Of a DNA stretch of 64,000 bases, positions 22,587-36,826 are shown one piece after another (positions within the stretch are counted from its first letter, which is position 1; each line of letters begins with the position of its first letter). A program made the position numbers and the translations under genes. A model generated the notes under the pieces. That model had not been told where the DNA came from. It was given only the letters and a program-made list of their open reading frames with translations, and made no database searches. Origin of the DNA: Euglena gracilis (Eukaryota); the NCBI GenBank assembly GCA_039621445.1, contig CP154954.1:46417847-46481846 (forward strand), given 5' to 3'.

Positions 22587-25500
22587 GCTCCCCCTGGGAC
22601 TCCCGACACAGCTCCACCTGCCTCGGAGAGGCGCCACTGGCTTGGCACGGACAGATGGGCTAAACCCCAAATTCAAGGTTGCTCAAATTGGGTTGGGTTG
22701 GGTTCAATGGGTTGCTCAAATTGGGGGGTTCAACCCTAATCTAAATCCCAACCCTGACCCGAATCCTCATCCTAATCCTGATTTTTACTCTCGCCCAACC
22801 CCAGCATTCACCCCACCTGTGCTAAAAAGTTTCCTGTGCCGGCACCATTTTTATAGGGAAGAATGGGGGGTGTCCAAGTTGCTTATCCTGGTTGGCTGAA
22901 GACCTGGTGCGGTCTACTACTCCCTGAAACGTTGCCAAAAAATTCGATTTGATGATATTCATTTCCCATTTTCCTCAGATACCGTTGTCAATGTGCAAAG
23001 GCATTGTTCGAGACAGCAACGAGACGTCACCGGGAAACAGCAAAGAAAAAAACTTGGGATGAAAGAGATTTCACACATTGGAGTAATCCATTGGCAATCC
23101 TGCTTGGCATTGTGTCCGGAGGGTTGGTTTTCACTGGATAGGCCGAAGGGTTGCTTAGATAATTAACTTAAGTTATCAAACTTAAGCGGTCAACAAAAAA
23201 TGCCTCTTTTTCCAACGAACGAAGGAGGTGGCATATTTTTTTTTTGATGATATGCTCACCTTTGAACCCAAAAGATGAGCAATATTTGTAAACTTGGGTG
23301 GTTTTTGTTGCTGATGGTTGGTTGATTTCATTTGCATTTTCCCTGAATTTTTCCACATTTTCAGGGTTGTTGACATTTTGATTTGCCGTGGTCCTCCAGG
23401 GGCTGTTTAAACTTGGGTGTCGGTCGGTTCGGCCCCAAAGGGTGTTTGAATTTGGGGGTTGCTTTATTGGGGGTTATGGTTAGGTTTCGGGATTTTTCAG
23501 GGAGTTCGGCCTGCTTTAGGCCGCATTTTGGCCTAAAGCACTGCCCACTACCACTCGATCCATTACTGACCCCCCCCCAGGGGGACTCAGAAATGCAACA
23601 TTGCTGATCTTTTATCCTTCATGGCTTCGTGGGTGGCATCTCCGGGAACCTGCTCCCATGGGCCCTCAGATGTGCACAATCGCCAAAAACTTCATTGTTT
23701 TTGGCATCAATAAAAAAGGTGGTTGACTCGTTCTCGCCACTGCTCTCAGATGATTTCTGTTGGTTCCCTCTGGTATTCCTCAAAATGGATATGGTGATGT
23801 GTTGGAGTGAGCTGGAACTGGTGATGAAGCAAATGGAGTTTGCTGAATGCGAACTGTCCTTCTGCACACTTTTCAATGCGCTGTTCCCCCACACCCCCTG
23901 TGCCGAGGCCTCAACTGAAGGCGCTGCATTCCGCACCAGGACTGGAGACCTTTCGTCCTTGGTGGTGCACCGAGGCATCCTTTCGAGTTCTCCAGGGGCA
24001 CATTTTCAGGTCAACTTTTACTTCGGGCATCCGCGCCGAAGGGTGGGTGCGTTCTGATCTTACAACTCTTGCAAAGAGTTGCCTGACTCGCCCCCAAACC
24101 AATCCCCGTAGTGCGTTCTGTGCATGATGAAGGTCGTTTGTTTCTGGTTCTGGAGCACCCGGTTTGGGAACCAGTTTAGGGCATTGTGCACCCATTTGGC
24201 TCTTGGATGCCTTTGTTGCTTCCTGACGTTCAGGTCCCAGGTGGATTACCGTCACAACGGTGCAGGGAAGGGGCGGATAGTGGGGCGATAACAGCGTTGG
24301 GCCGCCTCTCAACAATATTGTGAAGCACTGTTTGCATCTGATGGCCTCCCGGCCAAGGCACAGGGACGCCAGCAGGTGGTGGGCAGTTATGAACCCCCCA
24401 AATTTCATCGCTTTCCTTATTTTCACATTCACATTGCACCTTCCCTTGTGTTTCTGTTCCTACTCACAATGTTAAGCAGCCCATTTCCAGGTGTGCAGGC
24501 AACGTTGTTTGCCTTTGAGAGCTACTGGAGTTGAGAAATTCAAATACTAGAGCAAGCGCTGGTGGTACAGAAAATGTCACCTGGGGAGGGGAATTGGGCG
24601 TGGTGGATAAATTGGACGGCACCCACACACACATATACACCTATGCGTACATGATTGGATAGCATGAACGTATAAATAGCATCCGCAAAGAAAGTTGAAA
24701 CACTTCTCTGTGGATGAAACAGAGTGTATTGTACGCGTTTCCCGTTGTGAAATCCCTCGCACAAGGGGCAAGTGGATCAATTGTTTGCACCATTCTCCCC
24801 AGGTCAGTGGGTGCAACGAACTTAGTACCCCCCTCCCAGTGCCTGTGGTGGGAGTACGTAGTCGGAGACTACCAGACATATTCTGCACCTTGCGAAACTG
24901 TCATTAGAAAGGTCATTAGAAATGTTTTTCTTGATTCTCCTCTTGCCAAAGCCTTTCAAAAGTCCGCCCCAGATGAGAATCACAGTAGTTCAGCTGTTTA
25001 TTTTGCCAGCCTACTTCAAAATGGGGGTTCTTTGCAAAGGTTCAAAGTATTTCTGATTTTGTCCCGGGAGGATTTTTGTAGGTTCATAATTTAAGGAGGA
25101 GGGGGGTATCAAAAAAAGTCATTTTTGGGATTATTTCCACCAGCTACAGAAAATGGGGTGCCGCACAAGTTCTGGTTCCCAGAAGATTGAAAAAATATGC
25201 CGCGTGAAGATTTATGGTCCGACTCCCTCCAGTCTTAAAAGAAATCCCTGGTCCTGGCCCGAGTTCACAGCGAAATTGGTTTGCCTTTTGGAACAACCAC
25301 GCTCCAGGCAGGCCCTCTGGCTTGCCTGCGGCCTCAGATGTTCTGTCCTCGGTTCCCTGCCTCGTCGCAGGGTTCCTCCCTCGTGCGTTTGTATTCGGTC
25401 CCGTGACCTTGCCTGGGTGGGCCTTGCCTGGCAAGATCGGACCTGCTCGGACCTGTGACCTCCGGCTGATCATGCAGCTCAGCCCCCCCCCCCCCTGGAT

Positions 25501-25656
25501 TGTGAATATCCTTTCCTGCTGCACACCGCATTGCTGTTAGATAACTCGTGACTTTTGCAGGAATGGAGCCAACTTTTGATAAGGTCATTTGTGCAAATCT
25601 GGCGCATCACCATCACCATCATCAACACACACACACGCGCGCGCGCACGCACGCAT

Positions 25657-25687
<31 letters not shown>

Positions 25688-25701
25688 GCGATTGCAATGC
25701 T

Positions 25702-25960
25702 GTGAATGTGCCATTGGAGGAGGTGCGGGGGAAAATTGAATCATACGTTGTGGAGATTAAGCCGGGGCACCGGCTAAAGGCTCCACGACGATCATTAAAA
25801 GTATACGTGGATGACACTTTCGGAGGTAACCCCCTTGTATTATCACAAGCGAACGGTCCGGGATCCGGACGCGGAGCCGGACGAGTGGATCACAGAAGAA
25901 ATATTGAGCCACCCCAGGACACTTCATGGCCCGGTTCGCCATCGTCACCTGTTTGCAGAT
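25702..25960 (+). pseudogene. Fragment of Ty3/Gypsy (chromovirus-like) integrase C-terminus and chromodomain start
   Basis: ESYVVEIKPGHRLKAPRRSLKVYV, then after a frameshift EPDEWITEEILSH, resembling the integrase C-terminal motif followed by the chromodomain N-terminus (E-W/Y-x-V-E-x-I-L-x-H). Confidence 0.55.
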
Positions 25961-26351
25961 TCGGGTCTGAAGTTGATTTTCTTCATGAATGGTGTTTTGT
26001 CGCACATCAGGTCTGCGAAACCGGCAAAAGCATAATAAAACGGTGTTTAAAACAAAAAAGCTGATATCACGTTGTTGTGAAAATTTCTATCTTCTGTGAG
26101 GCTGTGAGGCTGTCGCATGTCGCCAACAAACACCTATGAAATGATTGGGCATGACTGGGCGTGACTGGGTCTGGGGCTCTGGATGACCAAACGTGCTGGG
26201 TCGCCAACCTGGGACCTGTGTCCTTCTGTTCGGCATTGCTACATTTTTTCCGTGGGATGTGACTGTTGTCGCTTCCCATCTCAGTCGCCGTCCCATTCTT
26301 TGGGCCGAGGCCCATCCTGTTTGCCGGCCTCGCTACTGCGGCGGGCCGACC

Positions 26352-29304
26352 ATGTCGCACATTGAGGCGCTCCTGGCCCGGACCGCCTCCGACCTCAACC
26401 ACCGGGCGTGGCAGCCGTGCTTCGAGGCCGTCAGCAAGGGTCCTCCCCCAGCCCTCTCTCGCACGGCACCAAAGCGGAGGAGGGGCCGGGCCATCCCAAA
26501 CAACGTCCCCACACCCCCATCCCGGGGGGGGGGGGGGCTGCTTTCCCGCATTCAAAAAAAATTGGTCAGTGACTTTTTGAATACCAGTCATCCACTCCTC
26601 CCCCCTGAGGGCCGGTCACTCTGGCCCTGGCCAGAGTGAGTTAAGCCCAAAAAGATGTCCCTCTTTTTTTGTATAAAATACATCTCAAAAATGGATGAAT
26701 TGAACACCTGCTGTCCTAGAAAAAGATAAGCCCTCAAGCCCATAGTAAGGAAAATGTATATGTATATGCCACCTGGGCCCTTTTTTGTTGTTCAGCACCC
26801 CTCACTTTTTAGGTGTTAAGCGCCCATCAGCCCCCTCAGGTGCCCCCCTCTGCAGGCACCTATGGCCGACCAGGGCCGACCAGGGCCGACCAGGGCCGAC
26901 TATGATTTTCAGGACCCCCGTAGGTGGGGGTTCCGACCAGGGCCGACCAGGGCCGACCAGGGCCGACCAGGGCCGACCAGGGCCGACTTGCATGTGATTG
27001 GCCGACCGAAGGGGATTGGATGAAGGAATTCGGCAGCTTTCCCTCTGGACCAAGCACCTCTGATGATGCTGGGCGGTGCTGGGCGATGCAGGACGATGCT
27101 GGCCCGGCAGCATCGACCGCGGGTTACCGCGGGTTTCAGGACTGTCATAGGTGGGTTGCCGACCGCAGCCGACCGCAGCCGACCGCAGCCGACCGCGCAA
27201 CCTTTTTCTGATTGATGTCATTTTTTCAGTGACAATGAGGAATTTTATCCCAGATGTTGAGATTTTTCTGGTTCATCTGGCTCATGTTGTCACTTTTGGC
27301 TACTTTTGGCCGCTTTTGGCCATTTTAGGTCGCTTTTGTCCCCTTTTTGGCCCATTTGTCACCATAATTCACCAATTTTGACCTATTTTGACCATTTTTG
27401 GCCACTTTTTGCGCACTTCTTGTAATTTTGGGCCATTTTGTCCTGCTCTGGGGCCATTTTTGACCATTTAAAGCCATTTTCGACCTTTTTTTTTGTTATT
27501 TTGCCCATTTTTTTGGTCTCTTTTTGGTCCAATTTGACCATTTTTGAGCATTTTGTGCCAGTATATTGTATATTTTGAAGAACTCAACCCATTTTTGGAT
27601 AATTTCCCCACAAATATCCAGTTTTACACCCATTTTGGCCATTACTGATCAGTTTTTGCTAACTTGGGGGCCATTTGTCACTGATTTGGCAAATATTGAG
27701 CTGATTTGGGTCAATATGAGCATATTTTATGGTATTTTGGCCATTTTACGCCCTTTTGGTAATTTTGGGTTATTTTTCACAATCTTTTTTTCTGTGACAG
27801 ATACCCCCCCCCCCACCTATGGCCGACTATTTGCCGACCAGGGCCGACCAGGGCCGACCAGGGCCGACCAGGGCCGACCAGGGCCGACCAGAGCACCAAA
27901 ATGGGAAGTGACCAAAGGTGCCTGCCCCTCTGGACAAGCCCCCCCCAGGTGCCGTTTATTTGTATCGCTTCAATATGGGCAATTATTAATTATTGGATAG
28001 CCTCACCCCAGATATAAATTGCCTGTGTTTGGGTGCGATTGTGCTATCAATTACTTACAACATGGTTGCAGTCCAGATTTTTCTGGGGTGTGTGATTCCA
28101 ACTCTGGTAAACAGAAATGAGCAAGAGGAGGCACAGAACAGGCTGCAGTTTAGTCGGGTGCCGACCCCACCCCGGGGGGGGGCTTGCCTGGGCAAGCACT
28201 CCAAGGCACAAGTATCCAACCCCGGAGGGGGGGGGCACACGGCCAAAAGTGCTTGGCAGGCACTCCGGCGCCGAAGGCGCCGGAAGGCTCAAAAATGGCC
28301 GATTTTCAAGGAAAAAAGGCCTATTTTCTGAGATAATTTCCTGGGCACAGGCCGAAATCAGACCCCGGGGGGGGGGGGTAGTGCCCGCCTGGGCAGGCAC
28401 TCAAGGGCACTCACCCCGGGGTTGGTAAAAAAAACAGCCTGGCACAGAGCAGGCTTCTGTTTAGTAACTCAGAGCCCCCCGGGAGGGAGGGAGTGAGTTC
28501 TGGCAGGTCCCGGGCTGGTGGGGGGGAGACCCAAAGGTCTTAACTAGAAGCCCAGCACACAGCTGTGCCATCACGTTCTGTCAGTGCTCTCTTTCGGATG
28601 TTTTTTTTCAGTATGACAGTGCTTTGGTTTATAATGTTGATGCCCTGGGGGGTGAACCTGATCCCGATGGATACTTGGGGGTTTAACCTATTGTCCTGCA
28701 AAATTTTCGTCTGGTGTGGTCAGTTGGGGTGCAAAAATTTTCGAGCCCAAACCAACTCCCAAGACGGCCCCCCTCTTAGACGGCCGGGAATGCACACTTC
28801 ATTTTTGGTGGTTTTTTGCGCACCTGCGCATTCTTTTGTGACCAAGTGTGTCGCCATCACTTGACGGGGCGGCCGACCCGTCAGCTGAAACCCCTGGTAC
28901 CAAAATGGGTACCACTGCTTTCGACCCCCGGGTTTTTTTTTCTGGGCAAACCAACTTATTTCGTTTTGAAAATGCCGGTTTAGCACCTCCGCGGACCGAG
29001 GGAAAACCCCCGTCTGCCGAAGTAGGTGCGACACAAAACACTGTTTTACGAGGACGAACCCTCGTCAGGTGAAGGCGTTGTGCCTGTCGCTGTCCCCCCT
29101 GTTTTGTGGTGCCGAGTGAATGCGCAGGTGCGCATTCACCCCCCTCCCCGTCCCGGCCTTTTCCTGAAGTTTTGGACGGTTATTGTGGCTCCCGGGGATG
29201 GTTGTGGGAAGGGGGTACCGTGGTCTCTGCAGTTTGAGTGGAGAGGAGGTTTTTTTTTATTTTTTAGTTTGTTTTTTTTTTTATTTTTTTTTCTTTTTTT
29301 TCCT

Positions 29305-29336
<32 letters not shown>

Positions 29337-32300
29337 TTTTTCTTTTTTTTTTTTCTTTTTTTTTCTTATTATATGTTATTTTTATTATTTTTTTTTTTTC
29401 TGTTGGGAGCAGGGCACGAGGGGGCGCTGGCGAATGTTTGGTGTGTGCGTGTAGTCTGCATTCAGAGACTGGTGGGGTGTGTGTGTCAAAATCAAGACCA
29501 GATGTCTGTAGGGGAGGGCTCGTTACCCTCCTCAGGCTGCCTGCTGTTTGCCATCCCACACACAGTGCACTGCACCCCCCTTGACACTTGCAGGCACAGC
29601 ATCCCTCCAGTGGCGCAGTCTGCTCCGCACAGTCTTCTCATAGGCACCACGGCACATCACCATGTGCGACCACCTGTGTTTAGGTCTGACGTTTGTGATG
29701 GGGTGCTGGGTATGGAAGGGGGGGGCTGGCTTGCACTCCTCTCCTGTGTGTCACTGGTTTTAAAAGCTACGGAGCAGAGCCCCACTTCAACCCTTTCTGC
29801 CACAGATCACATTCTCCAGAACACCCTCACAAACGATGTAAAATGGCTCCTCTCCGAGGTTGCATGAGGCACAAGAATGCGCACGTGCGCACTCTTGGGG
29901 CCATTCCTTCGGTGGCTGGCTGTGATTCTATCTGCAGGAGAGCAGGAGGGGAGCAGTGCTGGGTATCCACAAGAGCGCGCACCTGCGCATTCCGTGAGGG
30001 AGAGTGCGCATGTGCGCATTCTCTGTGTTGTGGGGAGCTGTGTCTCGCACTCCTGAACCCAGTGCCAGCACAGCATTGTGGCAGGGTAACACCCATGGTT
30101 CACTGCTGGCCTTTTTGTTAGCAATTTCAGAGGCGTCTCGTTGCACATGGATGCCGCCAGTAGGGTGTATGTCTCCTGGGCTGTGCCTCCACCTTGTGTG
30201 CTGAGTTGTTTGACATGGCCTTGTACAGCAACCTCCTACCAGGGTGCTTTAAGGGGAGACACACGAAGGGAATGTGCATGTGCGCATTCATCCCGATGTG
30301 CCATGTTTGACTGCAGCCACTGCGGATGGGGTGTGCGGAGAAGGTGTGTTCACATGTGCTTTCCTTGGTCTTCACAGCTGCCAGGGGTTGTGTGGTTTGC
30401 AGTGCTGGAGCGTTGACTCTGAGTACATGATAAATAAGGGTTCTGTGTGGGGGGGTGTCGTTTGTTGCCGGTGGTGGTCCTCCTCTGCCGTGTGTCGCTC
30501 CAGGGCTGCCTCGTCCTCGGACACCATTCGATCCTCGCAGGGAGGTCTGCACTTCAGCCATGTGGTTTCAAATTCAGGCCAGGCGGGGGGAGTTGGCGTG
30601 GGTGGTGGCATGCCCACCTGGGAGCGAAAATATTCGACGGTGTGGCTGTCATTCAAAGAAAGGCACAGGACGATTTTTTGCGCATGTGCGCATTCACCGG
30701 CTTTTCACTCATGCCATGAAGGACTGCTGACCGCATTTGGGAATTAGGGTGCCCGTCACCGAGGAATTTCCTCGGGCACTGAAGTCTCTTTCTCATCCGT
30801 TTTCCCATGGTGCGGCACAGTGGAATGCACAGAAAAAGCAGCACACAAAAACTTCCTGGGTTTATCGGCAAGTTTTTGTTGTGATGTGCTTGTTCCTGTC
30901 TCACGATCTCAAGGGCCTGGAGAAGATTTGGGGCAAGGACTAACCAGTGGTGTTCGCTTCTTTGAGTCCATTTGGATTGTGAATTAATTCCGTGTTTACA
31001 GACGGTTTTTGGGGAATGATGCCGAAGGTGGTGGCAGGGGTGTTTCGCTCTCGAGGTGCCAACCCCGTGAGCACTGTGTGTGGAACCAGACACAACCCCC
31101 TGCGTTGACCCTAATTGTGGGGCACAGTGCTCCTGGCACCGTGCACTGCAGCCCAACATAAGGTTGTTCAGGGAGCCAATTGGCTGTGTGCTGCCATGCA
31201 CGCTCTGGGGCGTGGGGTCGGACAACGCTGGCAGCAGCCTCCCTATCACCTCCCCCAGGTGGGGGACGGTTGCCTGTGTGTTGTGACGTGCTCCACACGT
31301 TCATGAGAGCAGCGTAGGCTGGGCTGGGCACTGGACTGCAGCGGGTGAAGTCGAATGCGCAGGTGCGCATTCTGATTTGTTCAATGACTTGCGCTGCAGG
31401 GGGGCAGTTCCCCTGTCACTGAAGGACATCAATTCGTGCCTTGACACCTGCCGTCGCCGAGCCCAGGGTTTTCCATGCTGCTGCAGGTGTGGTGTTTCAG
31501 GGTGTGGTCTGGTACCGCGACATGGTTGCCCAGGGTGATTCTGTTGGTTCATCTCCCCCTCACACACTCATGTTCAGCCTGCCCTACATCATAGCGGTGC
31601 ACAACTCGAATTCAAGGCAGGCAAACAACAGGCCATACCCAGTGATTCCTTCAACATCAATGCGCGTGTGTGCATTCCCCCTTCCCTCAGCCTGTGTCCA
31701 TTCCAAAAAATGCGCACCTGCACATTCTTTTGGGTTTCCAAAAAATGCGCAGGTGCGCATTCTTCGGCCCTGATACTCAGTGACACCCCCATTGTTTTGA
31801 CCTTGGGAGGGCTGTGTCTCTGTGGCTGCAAGGTGTTCCCTACCATGCTCATCCCAGGTTCACCAGGCCCTGCCCCCGGAAGCCATCAGCACGCATCGGT
31901 GAACACAAGGTGGCACACCCAGATCCAGGCTTCCCTGTGTCGCCCATGTTCCGCATGCTGCGTGGAGTGTACTGAGTGTGTGTCCATCCACGCACTGTCC
32001 CACAGTCGTCGTGAAGCAGCTGTAAACAGCATGATACGTGGTTGAAGCAGAATACTGGGGGGTGGTTCCTGGGGTCGCGTTGAATCCAAACAGCTCATTT
32101 TTATGGTGTTTACCTCCAGTCTGGAAGAGGCATCACACCATGCAGAATGCGCACCTGCGCACTCCGCGTCCAAAATGCGCGGATGCGCATTTTCACTAAA
32201 ACTGCCTAAATTTTGTGACTCAACAAGAAAAGTGCATTCCCGGCCGTCTAAGCCCCTGGCTCCCTTCCCCATACACCCCTTGGGGGCTGGCGGTGCTTGC

Positions 32301-33681
32301 CAAGCCACCTGCACCCAGGTATTAAAGAACCTTTGACGTTCAGTTCAATACACACATTCTTTCCATTTAGGTGTGCATATTTTTTTCTGCAGCCCCAAAT
32401 TCCAGAGATCGACCCTACAAGTTTTTTTGGGAAGAAGCCTGCCCTCAATTATTGTGGTCCCTCAGGCCACATTGAGCCCGCGATGAACCTTCTGGCCGAC
32501 AAATCAGAACGACTGGTGCCTCTCCTTTCATCTTCTCATTTTCATCTTCTCTTCTCTCACATCTCTTTATGTTTTTTTTTCTTCGAGAGGGCAGCCAATC
32601 AAAAGAGTTTGGGTTCATTCGTGGGTGTCCACCCCTTCATTTGTTCCACGCTTGAACTCCTTTCAGTTACTGAGGTTTCATCCTGGTGTTATTTTCAGCC
32701 CAAATTCCAGAGGTGCCTGATGGTGATTCGTTTAGGTCTCCCAGGAGTCTGCCTTCAATTAAATGCCAAACCAAAAAGATGTTCTGCATTAGGGATGTCT
32801 TCTGAAGGTTCTTCTGGAAATGAGCTTGAAAACACTCCAAAAGCGCTGCGTCTTACAGGGAGAGTTGCTTTAATTTGAAGGTATACACCTGGAGCTCTTG
32901 TATTTCCAATGAGCCAGGGAAAATTCTGACAAATCCTGGCAACAGGCCTCTTTTTTTTTAAGATCCACGGGGGGGGGGGGGAGGAGGAGAGGTCCCCTCC
33001 CACCCAGCCTGGTGTGGGACCCCGTGGGAGGGATCCCCCCAAATTGGGCCGTCTAAGGGCATTTCTGAAAAAGAAAATTGCCAAAACGCACACCCAGATC
33101 TCTGGCCCAGAACCCTTCCCATGAATTTTTGAAAGCTTGATCATCAGAACGGAAGCCCAGGTTTGGGAGGTTGCCCCCTCCCCGCACAACGTGTCCTTCA
33201 CCGGACAAGCCCGGATGGAGACACATGCAGTGACCCCTCTCCGCCTCCCCCCCCCCCTGCTGGCCGGCAGGTCACCACAGAGATGGTCCAGCCTGGGCCG
33301 GACGGCGATCTCTGCAGTCTGCTGGTGCACGCCGCGAGGGAGCAACAGCCCATCATGGTGAAGTACCTCATGGGTGTGTGTGGCTTCTGCCCTGTCAAAG
33401 TGAGGTGTAAGTCTCTAGATATGCCCGCCAAATTTTCCGGCTGGAAAGCAAGCTGCATATTTGAATGAGCCAAAGCCATCTGACGAACCAAAGTTGCAGC
33501 GACCAAAAAACTACAATTTATTTTGTGTTGTTTTGCATCTTGCAAAAAAAAAATTTGTCAGTAGACATTAGGTGTGGCCAGAATGGCAAATGTTTCATTT
33601 GCCACCCCAAAATTGAGCTGTTAGGGGTTCTAGCAGATAACGAAAATTTGTGACTAAAAGGATATATTAAAAGGATATATA

Positions 33682-33717
<36 letters not shown>

Positions 33718-34267
33718 TGTATGTATGTATGTATGTATGTATGTATGTATGTATGTATGTATGTATGTATGTATGTATGTATGTATGTATGTATGTATGT
33801 ATGTATGTATGTATGTATGTATGTATGTATGTATGTATGTATGTATGTATGTATGTATGTATGTATGTATATATGGACACAAGAGGAATAAAATGTAAAA
33901 AAGGGTTCCCTTGTTCTTGTATCCCTGTTTTGAGCCAAGGGGTATTTGCAATGCCACCCTTTATAAGATCCCCGAACTTAAGTGTAACCCGTTGAATGAA
34001 CCCCTCTTTTTTTTAATTCTGGAATTGAGAGGTTCTTGGGTGGGTGCTGAGGTAGGTCATTTTTCCCTCATTGTGTTCATTTTCTATTTTCTGCCAGAGA
34101 ATTACGTGTGGCCCTATGAAGAATGCCAACGAGCGCTGCTGGTGGCTTGTGAGGCTGAGACCATCTGTATGTGCTGTGAATGTGATGGCCATTTTTGTGC
34201 AAAAATTTTTATCTGTATTGAGAATTGGTTTGATAACCCACCAAAGAAGACTCCATTGGCCCCAATA

Positions 34268-34317
<50 letters not shown>

Positions 34318-35094
34318 TGCAAGCACATTGGAGGCCACAATTCATATTTCAGGGCACGGTCTATCTCAAATTAAATAGTGTGACTGGCGAAAAAAATTCT
34401 GGTTGATTGATTGATTGATTGATTCTGATTGGCTCAAAAGAATGGACACCCGAGTTTGGATTATGAGGAACCAGAATCACCTCTCACAAGCGTGGTGGAA
34501 GGCAACAAGACGGTCGGGCATCAAACATACAGCACACGAACATGTTGCAGACTGAGCCCGCAAAGGTATGCTGCAAAAAAAGCCATTCCGTCTGCCACCA
34601 GAGCCACCACCTTTTGCAATCCTGTCAGTCACAGACACTCAATCAGGACCAGATTTGGGCTCGCTCAGGATTTCTTTACCACAGGGGGGGGTCCTGGGCT
34701 CCACTCAAAACCTAGTATTGTGGAGTTGTCAACCCCCCCAACCAGGAGAGGATTGGTGTCCCACCCCTCCCACTGATGGGCATTTCATTTTCAATGCCAC
34801 CGAAAGTTCGTTGATTCATAACCGACGGAAAATGTGAAGGCTCATGCCCACCAAAGACGTTCATTTGTTGAAAGTTACATGAAGTTGGGGTCAGAAGGGA
34901 AGCCCATGGCCGCAGCCATGAGCATACCAAAGGCTTCAGTGTACCGGAGTGGGACCCCTGACAAATCCTCTCAAGTTTTCCCAATCCACCGGCCGTAGTT
35001 GCTCAACCGCATTGACATCTGAGCCATTTTTTTTATTTGCCCGTTTGATTATATTACTCACCATTTCATCTTGAAAGATTGCAGTTTGAGGGCC

Positions 35095-35143
<49 letters not shown>

Positions 35144-36755
35144 AGGGACAGGCGGAATGGCTGGTTGGACAGCCCTGCAGCACACCTTCGCGGCGATCAG
35201 TGTGCAACAGCTTTGTGCGTTGTTTCGGTGCCCGGCCGCCTTGCTGCCTTCTTTGTTGACGGTTGTGGTGGGCCCTGCCGAGCGGTCTCCACAGCCCTGG
35301 CTCATCTTTCACAATTGCCCTTTGTTCATACTCCAACCTCCACCTCCTCGGATTTTTTTTTTGGGACCCTGGAGATTTCACAATGCCCACCCCCAAATAA
35401 TTTTGCCCCCCGCAAAGTTCGTGGGCAGATTTTTTTTGGAAGCACCCAAGGCGATTTATGGAGCGATTACAATCAATTCGGTGTCATATGCTGTTCAAGC
35501 TAATCATTTCAATGGAATTTAACAATGATTCTATTTATCAGACAGAAAAAAAATTTGTCATGTTGAATGATGTTTTGTGCTCACCTCCTGTTGATTTCCC
35601 AAAAATGATCCATCATTTTTCTCGTTGTTCTTTGTGAAGGGGGGGGGCAAATTTTTTGAAGGACCTTTTTTGGATCTTTTCCCCTACAAAGTTGTTTGGG
35701 CATTGCTCTAAATGATGGATGATGTTCGGTCCAGCTGTCTGTTGGGCTGGGTTGGGCTGGAAAACAGTTAGTGCATTTAAACCCCCCCCCAAAAATAAGA
35801 CCCCCCCAAAAAAATAAGACCCCCCCCAAAATAAGACCCCCCCTGGGCCCATCGAGCAAAAATCCAAAAATAAGACCCCCGCCATAAATAAGACCCCCTT
35901 GACGGCGCGAAGCGCCGGGGACGGTGAAAATTTTCCTTAAAAATTACCAAAAACCCCAATTTCATGCACAAAAATGATGCAATTTCAAAAAATTTCAGAT
36001 TTTTGAAGTGCAAAAAACATACCACATATCAAATTACACCAATCTACACATGGCGCGAAGCGCCGAAGGAAAAATTTTAGCACTCTTGGGAACCTGAAAA
36101 ATGGTGCTTTTTCGGGCCCGGGTCGGTCAAGAAAAAATCCAAAAATAAGACCCCCCCCCTGGAGGCTTCCAGCAACGGACCCAAAAATAAGACCCGGGTC
36201 TTATATTGGGGGGGGGTTAATTGCTTTTGCAACAGTCATAGCCAAAAACCTGAGGGCAACCTTGAGGGAACAATGTCAGATTTCCAAAAACCCCGCACAA
36301 ACAGTATTGTTCATTTTTTTGATCCCTTGCCCAAATTCATTAATTAGTTTAATCCCAGCCGGACTGAGTGGAAACCCATTTTATATCAGTCAGTTGACAC
36401 CGCGGGAGAGAGATCCAGGAATCTGGCAGAATTTAGCTCGAAAGAGGTGCCCCCTCCCTCTCTGGGTGCTCTCCGATATACAGCAGAGGGCTAAAGAATG
36501 GGACGGTCCATCTGAAGTATGTTAGAATCAGGGTTTTTTTTAGTCGTGGACCCCCGGGGGGGGGAGGGGGGGCAGGGTGGGTGGGTCTGGCCGAGCCCCC
36601 CCCCCCCGGGGGGGTCCCCCCGCAGGGGGGTGGGATATACTTTTTGGCGCCAAAGGCGCGCCGAAAAAAATGCTATTTTTTTTAGCACTTTTCGCGATTT
36701 TTTGGCCATTTATTGTGGGTCCCCCAGGACCCCCCGGGGGGGCCCCCCAGGGGGT

Positions 36756-36826
<71 letters not shown>

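Noticed and set aside
23580-24900. Possible minus-strand gene or transposase relic
   Set aside because: Unique-looking sequence, but I could not recognise a domain or build a consistent exon chain.
29268-29400. Poly(T) tract as the tail of a retroposed element
   Set aside because: No target duplication or RT/SINE body identified, and homopolymer length is unreliable.
33518-33995. YIHT/MYVC-repeat ORFs and other HT/CV-rich ORFs
   Set aside because: Microsatellite translations.
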